From Vicugna vicugna (Eukaryota): 64,000 nucleotides of DNA. The notes below the pieces were generated by a model, which worked only from the letters and a program-made list of their open reading frames with translations, was not told the DNA's origin and made no database searches. A program made the position numbers and the translations under genes. The first letter of the stretch is position 1. Each line of letters begins with the position of its first letter. This document shows, one piece after another, positions 1 through 12,979 of this stretch. The stretch is taken from contig MU058844.1 in assembly GCA_013265495.1 (NCBI GenBank), positions 10,066,184 through 10,130,183 of the forward strand, written 5' to 3'.

Positions 1-128
1 TAGCAAACTAATACAGGTGTTTTTGTGGGCACTTACCACAGCTGATCCCACTTTAGCCACAAAGAGACTCACAATAAAAAGGAGTTGGCTGTAAATTTGA
101 AGGCTGTGTTTGCCTTTAAGCAAGGTAC

Positions 129-296
129 CTTCTCGAGAATTAGAGAAGTGCATCTGTTCCTGTGACACTGCAGTTTCAGTGGCACTTGAGCAACGGTAAA
201 AATATGATTGTGGTTTTGTGATTGACATTTCACGAAAAAAGGAGATAAATGTCTTTTTTATACACTACTTTTGAAGAATAAGAATTTTCATATCAC
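129..296 (-). pseudogene. Probable dynein-like exon remnant (168 nt)
   Basis: ttttaag|GTG...GAGAAG|gtacct; stops; ends ILEK (DNAH14 KLEK). Confidence 0.35.
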
Positions 297-469
297 CTTA
301 AAATGGTAATTCCAAATTCACAAGAAGTCAGAACCATAAAAGTCACTTGGGAATTTTTTTGTAATTTATGTGTTCACTGAATTTGTAATTCTGGAACTGT
401 GGCATATATGCTGGGAAAGTGAACTGTTAATACGAAAATAGGAATTTCTAGTTTTACTTAAGGGATATT

Positions 470-668
470 TATTTAAAGTCTAACATTGGCAAGGCTTTTG
501 TTTAAAGAGCTTCACCAAAGCAAATCTTTCCGTTCTGTAGTCAGGTTTCTAAATGTTAATTTTGAATGAAGAAACTACTTGAAGTTGCTTTTCTCACAAT
601 CTCATGAATCCACAAATGACTCCAGCGAAGTTGCCATCTTCATAAACACTCTATCATTTCCAGATGGC
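470..668 (-). pseudogene. Dynein-like exon remnant
   Basis: NFK*FL..FRNLTTERK vs DNAH14 EFEAIL..IVNMAIEKR; frameshifted. Confidence 0.4.
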
Positions 669-819
669 TTTAATATTTGAGTCTCTCAATATGTCATAAC
701 TTAAACATACCACCTTCCCCCCGCAACTTGCTCCTCCTCCTCACTTGTGTATTTCTGTTCATGGTAGCACTATTCTTTCAATCTCCCAGGATGCATTTAA
801 TTATTCTAGATACCCTTCT

Positions 820-1328
820 TGATTAGCCAAGATTCTCCAGAGAAACAGAGCCAATAGGATATATATAGATATATAGAAAGAGATTTACTATGAGGGATTG
901 GTTTATGTAGTTATAAAGACTGAGAAGTCTCACAATCTACCACCTGCACACTGGAGGCCCAGGAAAGTCAGTGGTGTTGATCCAATTCCCACCCGAAGGT
1001 CTGAGATCCAAGGTAGCAGGTAAGTTCTAGTCAAAGTCTGAAGGCCTGAGGATCAGGAGTACAAATGTCTAAAGGCAGGAGAATGGATGTTCTGGGTCAG
1101 GCAGAGAGCAAATTTGCCCTTCCTTGGCCTTTTTGTTCTGTACGGTCTTCAGTGGATTGGATGATGCCCATCCACACTGAGGAGGGTGATTGTCTAGACT
1201 CAGTCTATTAATTGAAGTACTAATCTCTTCGGGGAATATCCTCACATACACAGTCAGGTATAATGTTTTACCAGCTCTTTGGGCACCCATTAGCCCAGTC
1301 AAGTTGACACATCAAATTAACCATCACA
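820..1328 (-). mobile_element. MLT2-family (ERVL) solo LTR
   Basis: Typical ttctccagagaaacagagccaatagga ... gtcaagttgacacatcaaattaaccatcaca ends. Confidence 0.85.
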
Positions 1329-1772
1329 CTTTTTCTTTCCCCATATTCACTTAATTATCAAGCCCCGTGGATTCTATATTTGTTCTTTGTTTGGCATGCC
1401 ACTACCTCACTTCAGCTGCATTTACTCATCCTATTACAGCAGCCTGTTAAATGTATCTCCATCTCCAAAAGACTTTTTCTCTATGCAGCCTAACTAGTTT
1501 AATGTTCCTTTAAGCACAATGTTATTTAAGTTACTCTTTTGCTCAAAATTCTTCAAGGGTTCTCAATTTCTTAACAATAAAATCCAACATTTAAAGATTT
1601 TTAAAATAATTTTTATCCTTATTCTTTTTTACTTCCTTTTCCACATTCACCTCATTTTTCCTTTTTCCCACACTTTTCTTTATAACTTCCCTGTTACTCA
1701 GAATGTCTCCTCCATTCTCCAAAGCCCATTTCAAAGATAACTTTCTCTTTTTCTGAAATCTGATAGAGCCAC

Positions 1773-2081
1773 ACAGTCAGGTCCAATAGATTTCTGAATT
1801 CAGAATTTTTTGAAGTTTACACAGAAAATGTGCACATACTATTTATTACATAACATTCCCAGTGGAGCCTGATCAGTTTTCTGAGGTCAAACACATCCAT
1901 TTTTATGCAATAAAACGTAAAGTAAATCACCCTAAGTGGGATAAATAAATACTATAGATAGCTTCATGTCAGTTCATGTCAGAATTTGCAATCCAATGAC
2001 TTGGCCACAAACTTATTTTTGAAAAACTCAAGTTTTCAGAGTTTTGTAGATTTTAGAACTGTGGATAAAGATGCTGTGGGT
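1773..2081. mobile_element. MER46C-like TcMar-Tigger element
   Basis: gaattcagaatttttt...ctaagtgggataaataaatactata...ttttcagagttttgtagatttt matches the recalled consensus. Confidence 0.75.
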
Positions 2082-2204
2082 CTTTTCTTTATACTTAAAA
2101 TGCTTACAAATTAACTAATTTCTACTTGGTTTACATTTGTTTATACCTATCATATAAGGAGAACATACTATTGACCAGATACTATAATAAATGTTTTATA
2201 TACA

Positions 2205-2690
2205 TGTATCAATAAAGAACCTACCAGGAAAACAGAAACCATGTCAAGAATTTGCAACACAGAAGTTAACTCAGGGAATTGGTCATAAAAGTGACTGGAG
2301 GAACTGAGAGCCAAACAGGGAAGACCAGGTTAGAAAGCAGCAATAGCAGGAAGCCACTGTAACCCCTAGGATGGAGACAAAGGAGGAGGTAACGGTGCAG
2401 GAGCCCAGGGCTGGGGATACCTGTTTCCCCTACTGGGGGAAGTAGGAAGTAGGGTGGGTCTGTCCAGCAGGAGCTGGTACCATGGAGAAGACGCAGCTGC
2501 TGCCCAAGAATATCCCTGAAGCAGGGAGGGTGGGGAATGCTCTGGCTTCTCCCTTCTTTCCAACCCCTCAGTCTTCCACGAGCCAGAAGTCTGCTGACAT
2601 GAGAGCCTGGGGAATGCAACTTGGAGGGTAGAGCTGAGGAAAGGAAAGAAACAGATCTGAACACTAACAGTCCCCAAACCAGGCTGATGC
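2205..2690. mobile_element. Old ERVL-MaLR-type LTR
   Basis: caggaaaacagaaacca start and GC-richer LTR-like body; subfamily not determined. Confidence 0.45.
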
Positions 2691-3009
2691 ATTATGTTCC
2701 TCAGTCTCATACCTCTATTAGGAAGGCACCATTACTACCTTTTACAAATAAAGGAACTGAGATACAAAGAGGTTAAGAGCTTCCATAGTGAGTTAGCAGT
2801 GGAACCACAATGGCAACCCAGTTCTATACCCAGAACTTACCCTCCTAAACATCACCATGCCCTGGAACTTAGTAGATGCTCAAGATGTTTGTTTATTGAG
2901 CACTTTCTAGGTAGAGATACAAATATGAATAAAAGCCTGAAGTTAGAACACTGTTCAACTCAACACTACTCAGCTCAACCACTATTTCAGAGAACAGAAA
3001 AAACAACTG

Positions 3010-3261
3010 TTGGCCTTATGTTATTTTGACAGTAGTTCCAAGGAAGAGCATGTTCATGAAGTCTATCTTCATGCTACATTTAGACATAAATTTCAGAAAG
3101 TTCAATTCAAAGCCATTCCATGCTTCTCTAAAAAAATCTAGAGAACTAGTTCTAGTTTAAAAGGGCAGAAAGGAAATAAACTTATACTTTCCTGTAAGCC
3201 TCATTCAAAAACTATCATTCATATTTAGAATAATTCAATAAAACATCATCTCTTAAATTAC
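3010..3261 (-). pseudogene. Dynein-like exon remnant(s)
   Basis: cttttcttccag acceptor. LNEAYR and FLKFMSKCSMKI vs DNAH14 LVNAYSHKFIKY...SMKI. Confidence 0.45.
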
Positions 3262-3360
3262 CTGGAAGAAAAGTAGACTAATCTTGTTCATTAACTATGT
3301 TATGAGTTTTGGGTATTGGTTTGTGATTTTATTTCCCTAAACTGCTGGTGTTTAACTTAC

Positions 3361-3447
3361 AATAAATCAAAGTCCTGAACAGGCACGCTGCTAGGTCAAT
3401 AAGGATTCTTGTAGAAACCCTGGGTGTGGGTTGCGCTTTCTGGAAAT
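3361..3447 (-). pseudogene. Dynein-like exon remnant (87 nt)
   Basis: ttgttttcactag|ATT...ATT|gtaagt. FPESATHTQGFYKNPY*PS vs DNAH14 LPNKTGSIIHYKEQTRWPD (TGA where Trp is expected). Confidence 0.55.
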
Positions 3448-3605
3448 CTAGTGAAAACAATTTGAAAAGTCAAAAACATAATCATCTCATATTGTCTAAC
3501 GCTAGATACTCAGTGAACATTTGTGAATTGATTTTTTTTAACAGAAGCAAAAGCAAATTGCTGACAAAGATTGATTTTTTTCTAATAGGGAATTGGGGTT
3601 GTTAC

Positions 3606-3663
3606 CTGTTTTCAAACTCAAGGAACATTCAAGAGTCACCTATAACTATAAATTGCCTCAGAC
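3606..3663 (-). pseudogene. Small exon remnant with stops
   Basis: ctgtag|GTC...CAG|gtaaca; phase fits the 3766-3848 exon. Confidence 0.35.
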
Positions 3664-3765
3664 CTACAGACTATTTCACTCGAGCTCCTTCAGGACTCCT
3701 GGATGAGTGCCCTCCAGTTCCAGCTATTTATTTGCATCTACTTTGTCATTAGGTTTAGAACATAC

Positions 3766-3848
3766 CGTGGCTTTGTCACTATTTGTTCTAGTACCTCTGA
3801 CCTTTCAGCTTCAAACTGGAATTTGGGAGGAAAAATCTTAGCATCTTC
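3766..3848 (-). pseudogene. Dynein-like exon (83 nt)
   Basis: ttccttgctaag|GAA...CG|gtatgt. IFPPKFQFEAERSEVLEQI vs DNAH14 IDPNRLEFSVKIQNMLTNM. Confidence 0.5.
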
Positions 3849-3890
3849 CTTAGCAAGGAATGAAGCACAATGTTGATTGGGCCTCTGGGT

Positions 3891-3920
3891 TTTTGTTTGT
3901 TTGTTTGTTTGTTTGTTTTT
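3891..3920. repeat. (TTTG)n microsatellite
   Basis: Direct reading. Confidence 0.95.
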
Positions 3921-4544
3921 CATTCCAAAAGACTTCACTTCCTCATCGAACTGTGCTATGTTGGATTAGGCTCTAAGAGAACTGAGAAGTAAGGACCCTA
4001 TTTTCTATGTTCTTTGCTAGCAAACTCCCAGCCACCAAGAGCCACTATCTTCTATCTCCCACACCCCACCCTTCCATGCTCCTCTCTGACAAGGAGCCTA
4101 GCACACTCATGAGACCCTGGTCCGCCCTGCCTGAGAAGTCAGTCTCATTTTACAAATTCTCACCAGTAGAGATAACCAGACCAAGACTGATGTGGAGTGC
4201 ACTGTTCTTGACTGAGTCAAAAGGAGGGAAATCAGAAGTTTGGATTTGAAGAGCTGGACCTATCATAACTAAGATTTGGGGGCAAGTTATTAGACCTCCC
4301 TGACCTTAATTTCCTCATCCAAAAAATTTGAATGGTAATAACAATTACCATATGTGGTTATAAAGAAAATTACATATGATAACAGCTATGCACAGTACCC
4401 ACAAAGTGAATTTCAAGGCCCTTGAAAGTTAACGTTTAGATATTATTGTTGGATTCTGTAAGGCATGGAATTCATGATGCTCTTTAGATAGTGGTAATTT
4501 TAAGTGCCTTTTAAGTTGGAGAGCCATTCACAGTGATATGACTG

Positions 4545-4803
4545 ACTGGTTAACTGCTTCCCCTGCTTGCCGTCCCCATCATTCCCTCTACTCTGGAGCA
4601 TTTGCAATCCACAAGAAGTCCATCAAGAGGAGATAGTGAATATTGAAAGGTCCAAGTCCATGCTCTGGAACAGCAATATTAATTTCAGTACTAGTAAGGC
4701 GGCTCTACTTCCACGGAGTCTTTTTTTGGATAGAATTCCTCTTCTAATGTCTCCGGAATAAACTGACATTTTAGACCTTTGGAGAGATCTCAAGATGGTT
4801 TGT
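4545..4803 (-). pseudogene. Dynein-like exon remnant
   Basis: DSVEVEPPY*/TSTEINIAVP vs DNAH14 NSVEVGK..TYAPIFEVNLCLRIP. Frameshifted; donor unresolved. Confidence 0.45.
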
Positions 4804-5154
4804 CTTGCCAGGATTTTGAAATTAATCTTATTGTGATTCCTATTATCTATTATTTCAGCCACATACAATTCCAGAATTAAATAAGTGAACATTACTTGTC
4901 CTTCATAATTTCTTTCAGATACAGATACAAAACAAAACATCATTTTCCAGAAACTGATTTAAAAGTTAAAAAAAAAATTAAAAGGATCTATTTATACTTG
5001 CTTTCTATGCCTTGTCCCTTTCTAGACTCACCCTGGAGCACAGATGTAGGCTTCAGAGAATCCATACACTTATACTTAAATTATATAAAATTGTGTGTGT
5101 GTGCATCTATCTGGGGAAAGGGTCTTTACTCTTCTGTGGTGATCCATGACTCAC

Positions 5155-5304
5155 CTAAGGCCAATAACGACTGCTCTGTGTGGTCCCCAGTTAAAAACCA
5201 ATCGCAGTGGATGTCTGTGAACTTCAGGCCTACTTTGGAGTTTTCTTTTATCCACCACAAGGCTGCAGGTCTTTTCTCCAGTAACTGTAATATTTGTTTG
5301 CTGT
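5155..5304 (-). pseudogene. Exon (150 nt, phase 2->2, open) after an 87-nt intron
   Basis: ttttgctgtttctaag|ACA...TTAG|gtgagt; in frame with the preceding exon; no motif match recalled. Confidence 0.5.
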
Positions 5305-5391
5305 CTTAGAAACAGCAAAAGGCCAATGACTGGCACATCACTCGCTGCCCAGATGAAAGATAAATGCATATAGATGAGCCCTGAATGTTAC

Positions 5392-5511
5392 CCTTTGATC
5401 TCCCAGCCTGCTGGGGTATCTCTCTGGAGCTTCTTTTGCAGGGCAATTTGGAAGTTTCTTTTGAACAGCTTCATTTTTTCATTTTTATTGGATAAGAAAT
5501 TATTCTGCATT
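5392..5511 (-). pseudogene. Dynein-like exon (120 nt, phase 2->2, open)
   Basis: ttccttgctgaacag|AAT...AGG|gtaaca. FLSNKNEKMKLFKRN vs DNAH14 FSVEKKNENLIRTFKDN. Confidence 0.55.
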
Positions 5512-6466
5512 CTGTTCAGCAAGGAACACATTATTCTGTCATAGCAGCATAGAAAGAGAAGCATTTTCAAAATGAATATCACATAGAGAAGAGATATAAT
5601 TCTTGAAAGAAGTTTGGCTCAGTAAAATAAGCAGAAAAAAATAATCAGGAAAGATTTGTGAGGAACAATGGCCTTTGGTCAGGCAGGACTCTGAGAAAGA
5701 GCAAACTCCTTTCTTTAGTTACTAATATTCATTTTTTGTATCAGATATTATATTAAGAGAGATACAAAATAACAGAGCATTGTGGATGCCTCTGAATATG
5801 TAGAAGAAATATGTACATCTCCTTGGCCACTAAGCTATTCTCCAAGTGTAAATTAGCCCCACCTAGAGTTCTATTAATTCTTTTAGATGAAAGAGTCTCC
5901 AGATTTAGACAGCACACCTAAATATCATGCTCCCCGAGCTGCTTACTCTTTTGATAGGATCAGAATCACTATGCTATAAATGAAAGTGTCTGATGCCTGA
6001 CGCTGAGCACATATTTACTGCCCATGTTCTGCCTTCTCCACGCCTTCAAGAGCAAGCAACACACTCAACTCAGCATAGTCAGCCTGAGACAAACAAATCT
6101 CTTCTACTCCAAAAAGACTCTGAGGTGAACTTCTGAATAACAGCATTCCTTCCCTTGGGATTCAAGGGTTTCTCCCAACTGCCCGACAACGCCAGAATTT
6201 TATGTAGAGAACTATAGCCGCCCCTACAGGACTCCAGGAGGTAGAGGACACACAGTGGAGGATGGAAGGCTTGAAGGCTGGTAAGGGAAGGAGAGAAAGG
6301 ACATTCGTTCAATTAATGGGAGACAAGGGGTGTGTCTATCAGCAGAGAGCACTCTAAACACACGCAAGTCAAGCACTGACCTCTAGGCTGTGATTCGAGG
6401 TGTTTTAGAAAAGCCTTTCCCACTCCTCTCCTCTCCTCACTCCCACCCCCACCTCCAATCCAAATG

Positions 6467-6730
6467 CAGGGTCACAGTCCCTTACTGGAAACCCAAGAGG
6501 CCAGCTGGAATTTGGAATTCTGAATTTTGGGGACTTCAGAAGGTTAATAGAATGTTTACCTTACGATATGTGATACCCCATAGTGAGGTCTGGGGGAGCA
6601 CCCCATTATCATATACATTAATAGTCCTGCTGGAAAATGTATGAACAGTCACCTTAAATGTCATAATAGACTATGAATAACCTTCTGTCAATCCATGCCA
6701 GCTTTGTACCCAGTTATTTCAGGTCAGCAA
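6467..6730. mobile_element. Second, truncated MER46C-like element
   Basis: Similar to 1773-2081 (ggtctgggggagcacccc...tagactatgaataacc). Confidence 0.65.
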
Positions 6731-7425
6731 ATGATTTCCCTAAGGTGGAATGCTGCTCTGCTAACTCGTGCCAGGCAGTCTTTCCCAGCTCTCACACCTA
6801 TGCCTTCCCATAAAAATGACTAGTTGCTTGAATGGTCCCAAATTCTCCAGATTTAATCTTAGTGCTTGAATAAAAATAAGCCAAGTTCCCATCCAAGGTA
6901 GAGTGGGAAACCTCCTGCCCTGCTCTCCCGCCACACCCCTGAGCCTTTTCTGACTTGTCCGTTCTGCTGGCTTCCTCTCTCACTCACGTCTGGCTTCTGA
7001 GGGCTGCTGTATTTTCTCTGCCTTATGCAACCCACCGTGGAACACAGCTCTTTTTCTTTTAAGTGTCCAACGCAACCAAAGTAAAGTGGAGACAGAGAGG
7101 AGGAGACAGATACAGGAGATGTTAAGGCTATAGAATGAATGAGACTTGGCTGTATTAGGCTGCCGGAAATGAGGGAGAGACGCTATGTTCCTGGCTTGGG
7201 TGAATGTTTAAGAAATAGTATTTCTGCCAATACAGATAAAAAGAAGTTTCGCTAAAAATATCCTATATTCGATAACAGCATTTTGCTGAAGACGTAGGGA
7301 CGATGGAGAGGGGGTGATACCTCAGCATCACACAGGAAAGGGAGTTGAAATTTTTCTTGTAAGAACCCTCATCCATTCCTACCACTCCAGACTTCAGTGA
7401 TGCTGGGGCTCCTCTCACGGTACCT

Positions 7426-7622
7426 GTGCTGCCTACACAGTAACCACCAGCCACGTGTGGCCACTGAGCTCTCACATCTTGGCTAGTCCAAAATGGGATG
7501 TGCTGTTAACGCAAAATATCTTACTAAAATTAATTTCACTTGTTCCTTTTTCTTTCTAAACCTATTAGAAAATTTTAAATTACATCTCTACACAACACCT
7601 TATGTTTTATTGGACAGTGCTG
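7426..7622. mobile_element. MER3-like hAT-Charlie element
   Basis: agccacgtgtggccactgagc...ttggacagtgctg. Confidence 0.7.
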
Positions 7623-8984
7623 ATCCAAGTCTTTCTCATATCTTCCTCCCTCTTAAGAGTCTCTCTTGATCTTTTTTCAGAAACTCAGAAGTTGTCCCAT
7701 TCAGCATACTAAGCAAGCAGCATCGTTCCCGCCTGATCGCAGTCTGTCCTACATTGGTCAAGCCCACATGAGAATGAGGGAGCAGCTGACAAGGAGGGAG
7801 AGGAATGGTTTCCCCTGCTACTCTCAGGAGTGGCCATTAAGGAATTTTCTTAAACAGAGTCTCTCCTTATCCAAAGATAAATTCTGCAGCTGACCCTAAA
7901 ATATAAAAATATTCTTTCTACTACAAACATATACAGAAAACATACTTATCAGTCATTAACTTTGAAGGCTATACTGAATACGAGTGATTGAAATTCTTGA
8001 CTTTATGTCCCTTTGTTGAGCTGATACAAAGAATCTTTAATGGTGGCCAATTCTTTATTCGTATCTCAGAGACCCCAGGAAGAAGACTGGGAAGGAAAGC
8101 AAAAGGAGGTTGACATCCTTTAGGGAGATTTCATCCAGGGCATGGCAAGGCCTGATGGAACGATTCTGCCTGTTACTAGAGAACAGCTCTTTACTCACTC
8201 AGTGAATCTGTGTTAAGCACCTGCAAGATGGGAGCAGCCCAAGTGCTGAACACCTCATTTTCTGGAGACACCATTCTTCTCCCTTGAATACCAAATGCCA
8301 ATAAACAAGTACCTGGTTTCCTAAATACCCATATCTAATTGTTGTCAACTTCTGATCATATATCTTGATGGTTGAAAATGAATCACTAGTAGTCACTTTT
8401 CCATTAGAGGAGAAAAATAAAGATACTGCAGATGTCAACATTTCACAAATTAGACTAAAAGCCCCAAAAAGAGAAAACTCATTCCACAGTCTACTTCTAT
8501 TTATATAGCTAATAAAAAATATCTTGCCTTTTTCCTTTGAAATCACCACCCTCCTTTATATAATTTGAGAACCCAGGAAATGTGACAGAATATTCATTAC
8601 CTACTCCTTTCTTTTAAAGAAAATAGGTACAAGAATAAAAAGATCACTACGTTCAAATAAACATCTACAAGAGTTACAGGAACATCACCAGTTTTTTATG
8701 ACTCTTGTGGAGCAAACTACTTCTGACTAACAATTATCTGGATGGTTTAATCAATGTATACTGTTTTCTTGCAGGTGAACTCAGAAGTTATTCCATGTAT
8801 GTTTATTTCACAAATGTGAAGGAAAAAAACACTCAATTACTAAAATCACTGAAGTCCAGATATATTCCCAGAAATACTAGTTCTCCTCTCTTAATTTGTT
8901 GGAACTTCACATCATTTATAGACTTTAAAAGCTCAAATTCACATTTAATAAACAGGAAAGACAATCATGATGCCATATACATAT

Positions 8985-9185
8985 GATGAGCGGGGCACTG
9001 TTCTGAGCCCTTTACGTGCACTGACTTCTACAGTCCTCACAATGACACTCAGAGGTAGATACCATTACCCACATTTTCCAAATGAGGACACTGAAGCACA
9101 GAGAGATTATGAAACCTGCCAAAGATCACCAGGCTGTTAGTGGCAGATCCTCGGTGACCCCAATCAGTTAGTCTGACTCCCTGTC
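8985..9185 (-). mobile_element. MIR SINE (one of many in the window)
   Basis: Core attttccaaatgaggacactgaagcacagagag. Confidence 0.8.
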
Positions 9186-12100
9186 CACACTTGTCAACAT
9201 TGCACTTTACTTCTGAACAAAACAATAACAATACATGACATTTAATGTGATTATTTGCTTAATTAATGATGGCAAGACTGCCTGAAAACTTTCATCTCAC
9301 TGGCAAAACTGGGCACAAATAGTTAACAAAGCAGACATCAAAATCAACCAGCCTTAAAACTGAACTCTAAGTACAAACACTCAAAATAATCCACATAAGC
9401 CAATAATCTACCTCTGAACATCACATACAGCTGGGCTGAAAGTTGAACTAAAGACAATTGTTGGTAAAGCTGAAAAACAACTAAAAAATGGGATAGAGTA
9501 GCTCCATGAAGGTCAGTCTGTGATGGCACAAAGAAGATCCGTGCTACACAGTCCATGTGAGAAATGGTGCAGACTGAAAATGTCAGGAGAAAAGGAAAGG
9601 AAGAAAAGGAGACAGAGACAGGTGAGTCAGATGGAACTTTAGTGGACGTGACTTGAGAGAGGGCATGACATTTGAGATCATTGCGCAGGGGCCTGGTTTG
9701 AATGACTTGGTAAAAGTGTGATGATACCTGCCTTTTATTAGTGTAGGGGATGGGGAAGGAAAGGCGGGGTTAAAGGTATAGAGGATGCATTCAGTTTGGG
9801 AAATGTTTGGCTTAGGGTGTGACTGGAACATTCAGAGGAAAATGTCCTGGAAGTAACTGGAAGAATGCATCTGAAGCTCAGGAGAGCGATCTAGAGACAG
9901 TGGCCATTAGCATGTTTTAAACACTAGCAAACTGCCCCCGGGGCATGGTGTTTCTAAAGGCAGCCTTCCTGAAGTTATTTAACTTAAATTCCTCTAACAT
10001 TCTTTAAGTGCTTGCTATACCTAAGGCACTATGATAAGCACTGTGGAAATTCAAAAAGGCCTTGAAGCATATTTTAATTTTGCACTCCCTCAAAAAACTT
10101 GTACTCAGAGTAAGAAGACTAACCTCAAAATCAAGACAGAATAGGACAAAAACCATAATAGAAACACTAAACCTTCTAGTGGAACAAATAAAGCCAATCA
10201 GTTGGGGAGATCAGGTAATATTTTAAGGAAGGAAGTGGTTTTTGATCAAGGCGCAAGATAAAAAAAGATGAGGATGAAATTGTGGTATGGAGGTAGAAGA
10301 ACTACTGTGTTGGTCAAGGCTTAGTTGCAGAGGACAGAATCCACATCAGCTCCCTTAAACAGCAAAGCATTGCTACAATTCCCAGATGTTAAAAGGTTCC
10401 CAGAGTAAATGGGAAAAAACTAAATAAATATCTCTGGGCAGAGTGTCTAGGAACAACTCCCAAGTTCCCACTGCAGGAATGGACTTCCAAGACAGCTGCT
10501 TTCCCCTGCCATGATCAAGAAGTGGCCACTTCCAAGGCCAGCCCTAGTGTCATTCACCTCGACAACAATCTCAACCAACAAAATGGATAATTCTTGTTCT
10601 TCTCTTCATGGCGTAATTCAGGTCCAAATTCAAATCTCAAGTGAGTTCACTTGACAAACCAGATCTAAATCAAGTCTGGCACTCTCGCTATTAAAGGAGT
10701 TTGGGAGATGAGTTTTTTTAACTTTCCAGTTTCTGTAGTACAAAAGGATGCACTAAAATGAAGTTGGAAAAGATGTGGGTAAGACAATCTACATGTCTGC
10801 CATACTAGACATTTTCAGAGACTTGTGATTAGCCTAGCAACCAACTATCCATCCACCAATTCATTTACTCATTCACCCAAAAACATTTTGGTGTAAATGA
10901 TATGCCACTAATCAATATTAGTTTTACATTTCTACCTTCACTCTAACTTTTATTCTCTGAGAACACATCAATTAACTATGCAACTATAGTCTGTTGTTAT
11001 ACTCTTGCCATTTTTTAATCTAAACAAAAACGACTTATTATTTTCTTGACATTTGTTTTTATTGCTCTAAAATGATAATTTACCTGTTAGCTTTGCACGT
11101 TGGAATCATGTGACTACCAAGGTAGTCAAAATGTTCTTATCTTGCACCCAGTAGTAAAAGCTCTCACAGCCAGTCTTTGACATATCAGAGACGAAAAAAA
11201 AAAAAAAAAAAAAACCCTCCGTAGCCCCATCCTATTCATCTGGAGAACATATGTTCTCATTTTCATTTACTCATCATCATCATTTAATAATAGTAATAAT
11301 GAGGAAGACGGCGAGAAGAATGACAACACTGATGATTATGTAATGCTTGCATGTGCCAAGCACTGTGCCAAACACTCAACTTAAATTATTTTATTTAATT
11401 CTTGTAACAACTTTATTAGTGAGGTTCTACTACAACGGTTACTATTTTACAGATGAGGTAATTAAAACTATCAAAGACTAAGAAAATAATCTTACCAACC
11501 AGTTGGCAGTTTTAACCAAGTGTAATTATACATCTAAGCCCCTCTTTCTAACAGAACGAAAAGGGTCATTGCCCAGGACAAGATGCAGCAATAATCCCCT
11601 AAATCCAATAAGGAATTCATGCATTTTGATTCACAACAAGCTACTCCACATTGTATAATTGAAAGTGTGGTTGTCTAGAAAAGGGATACCCAACAAATGC
11701 TACCACCTTCAAGAAGGAAACTAACTCTAAATTTATTTATAAACCATAACACTTCCTTGTAGTAACATCAGAACAGGCGGAACTCTTTGTTTTTCCATTA
11801 AGTCTATGACTTTAGCCTATCTATTTTAGCCTCCTTTAGCCCCTCTATCTAAAAAGTTGGGAAACACTAAAATGATACTTCTTCCCAAAGAACAGAAATA
11901 CACCCTAGAACTTCATTTTTTTAATCCACGTGAACCAGGTCTCATTCCAGACCCTGAATTTTAGTGGGAAAGCCTCCAGTCATCACAGCAGCATCCCCAG
12001 AAGATAATTATGTTCCTCAGGCCTGGATTCCTGTATTATCCTGGCATGAGATCAGGACGTTAATAAACTTAGAAACATGAGACAAGAGTGCCTGACACAG

Positions 12101-12234
12101 AGTCCCAGCATGCTGTTAATTGGTGACGTGGCTTTAAATAAGCCATTTAACTTCTTCCCCATTTGCCTCCTCATAGGTAAAGTCAGGATGAAAAATAATT
12201 CCCATAATTTGGTCAGCATTTAGTGTTTTGTTTG

Positions 12235-12449
12235 AGACTTGTAAATACTAACTACTATATATAAAATGGATAGACAACAAGGTCCTACTGTATAGCACAG
12301 GGAACTATATTCAATATCTTATAATTATCTATAATGAAAAAGAATATGAAAAGGAATATATACAAATATGTACAACTGAATCACTATGCTGTACACCAGA
12401 AATTAATACAACATTGTAAACCGACTATACCTCAATTAAAAAAAAAAAA
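12235..12449 (+). mobile_element. 5'-truncated L1 3' UTR with poly(A)
   Basis: caacaaggtcctactgtatagcacagggaactatattcaa... followed by an A tail; artiodactyl-type L1 end. Confidence 0.9.
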
Positions 12450-12528
12450 GCATCGTAAAGTCTGAGTAGTAAGTAGAATAATGTTAAAACATCTAAATCA
12501 GTGTCCTGATGTGTCCTGGGTCAAATAC

Positions 12529-12747
12529 CTAATGTGGCAAGAGGTTTTGGTCAATTCCATTTCTCACAAGTTTATCAAAGTCCTGTCTCAGCAGTTAAAG
12601 TGCTCCGTGTGAAACACCACGCTAACGTCTTTCATTGTGTAAACACGAAAATAAGTATTCACAACTGATTGTGCTAGAAATACAGACAACCAGATGGTGA
12701 CCAAGTTTTCAGTGAATACAAATTCAGTCACATTTTTTCTTTGCTGC
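12529..12747 (-). pseudogene. Dynein-like exon remnant (219 nt)
   Basis: tttctag|GCA...TTAG|gtattt. AAKK/NVTEFVF vs DNAH14 VAEKNEIKEYF. Frameshifts and stops. Confidence 0.55.
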
Positions 12748-12979
12748 CTAGAAATTCCTTTATAACATAAAATTATAGTAACCACTGGCATTTCATTAGA
12801 AATTGGTCAGCTATAATTGACTTAACTGAATAAAGTTTGAGACTAAATATCTCCTGTTGATTATATTTTAAACAATCTTGTCTTGTTGCCCTAAAGGAAA
12901 ATAGTCTTTTTGCGTTAATAAGATCTCAGTTCTGAAATTGACCAAAAATGGGCACTTCTTTTTCCTCTGCTGGGAATAT

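Noticed and set aside
11111..11128. Inverted repeat tgactacc-aa-ggtagtca
   Set aside because: An 8-bp stem is expected by chance in 64 kb.
11194..11214. A21 tract (also A28 at 51222-51249) as retrocopy tails
   Set aside because: No recognisable retroposed body or TSD upstream; simple homopolymer runs.
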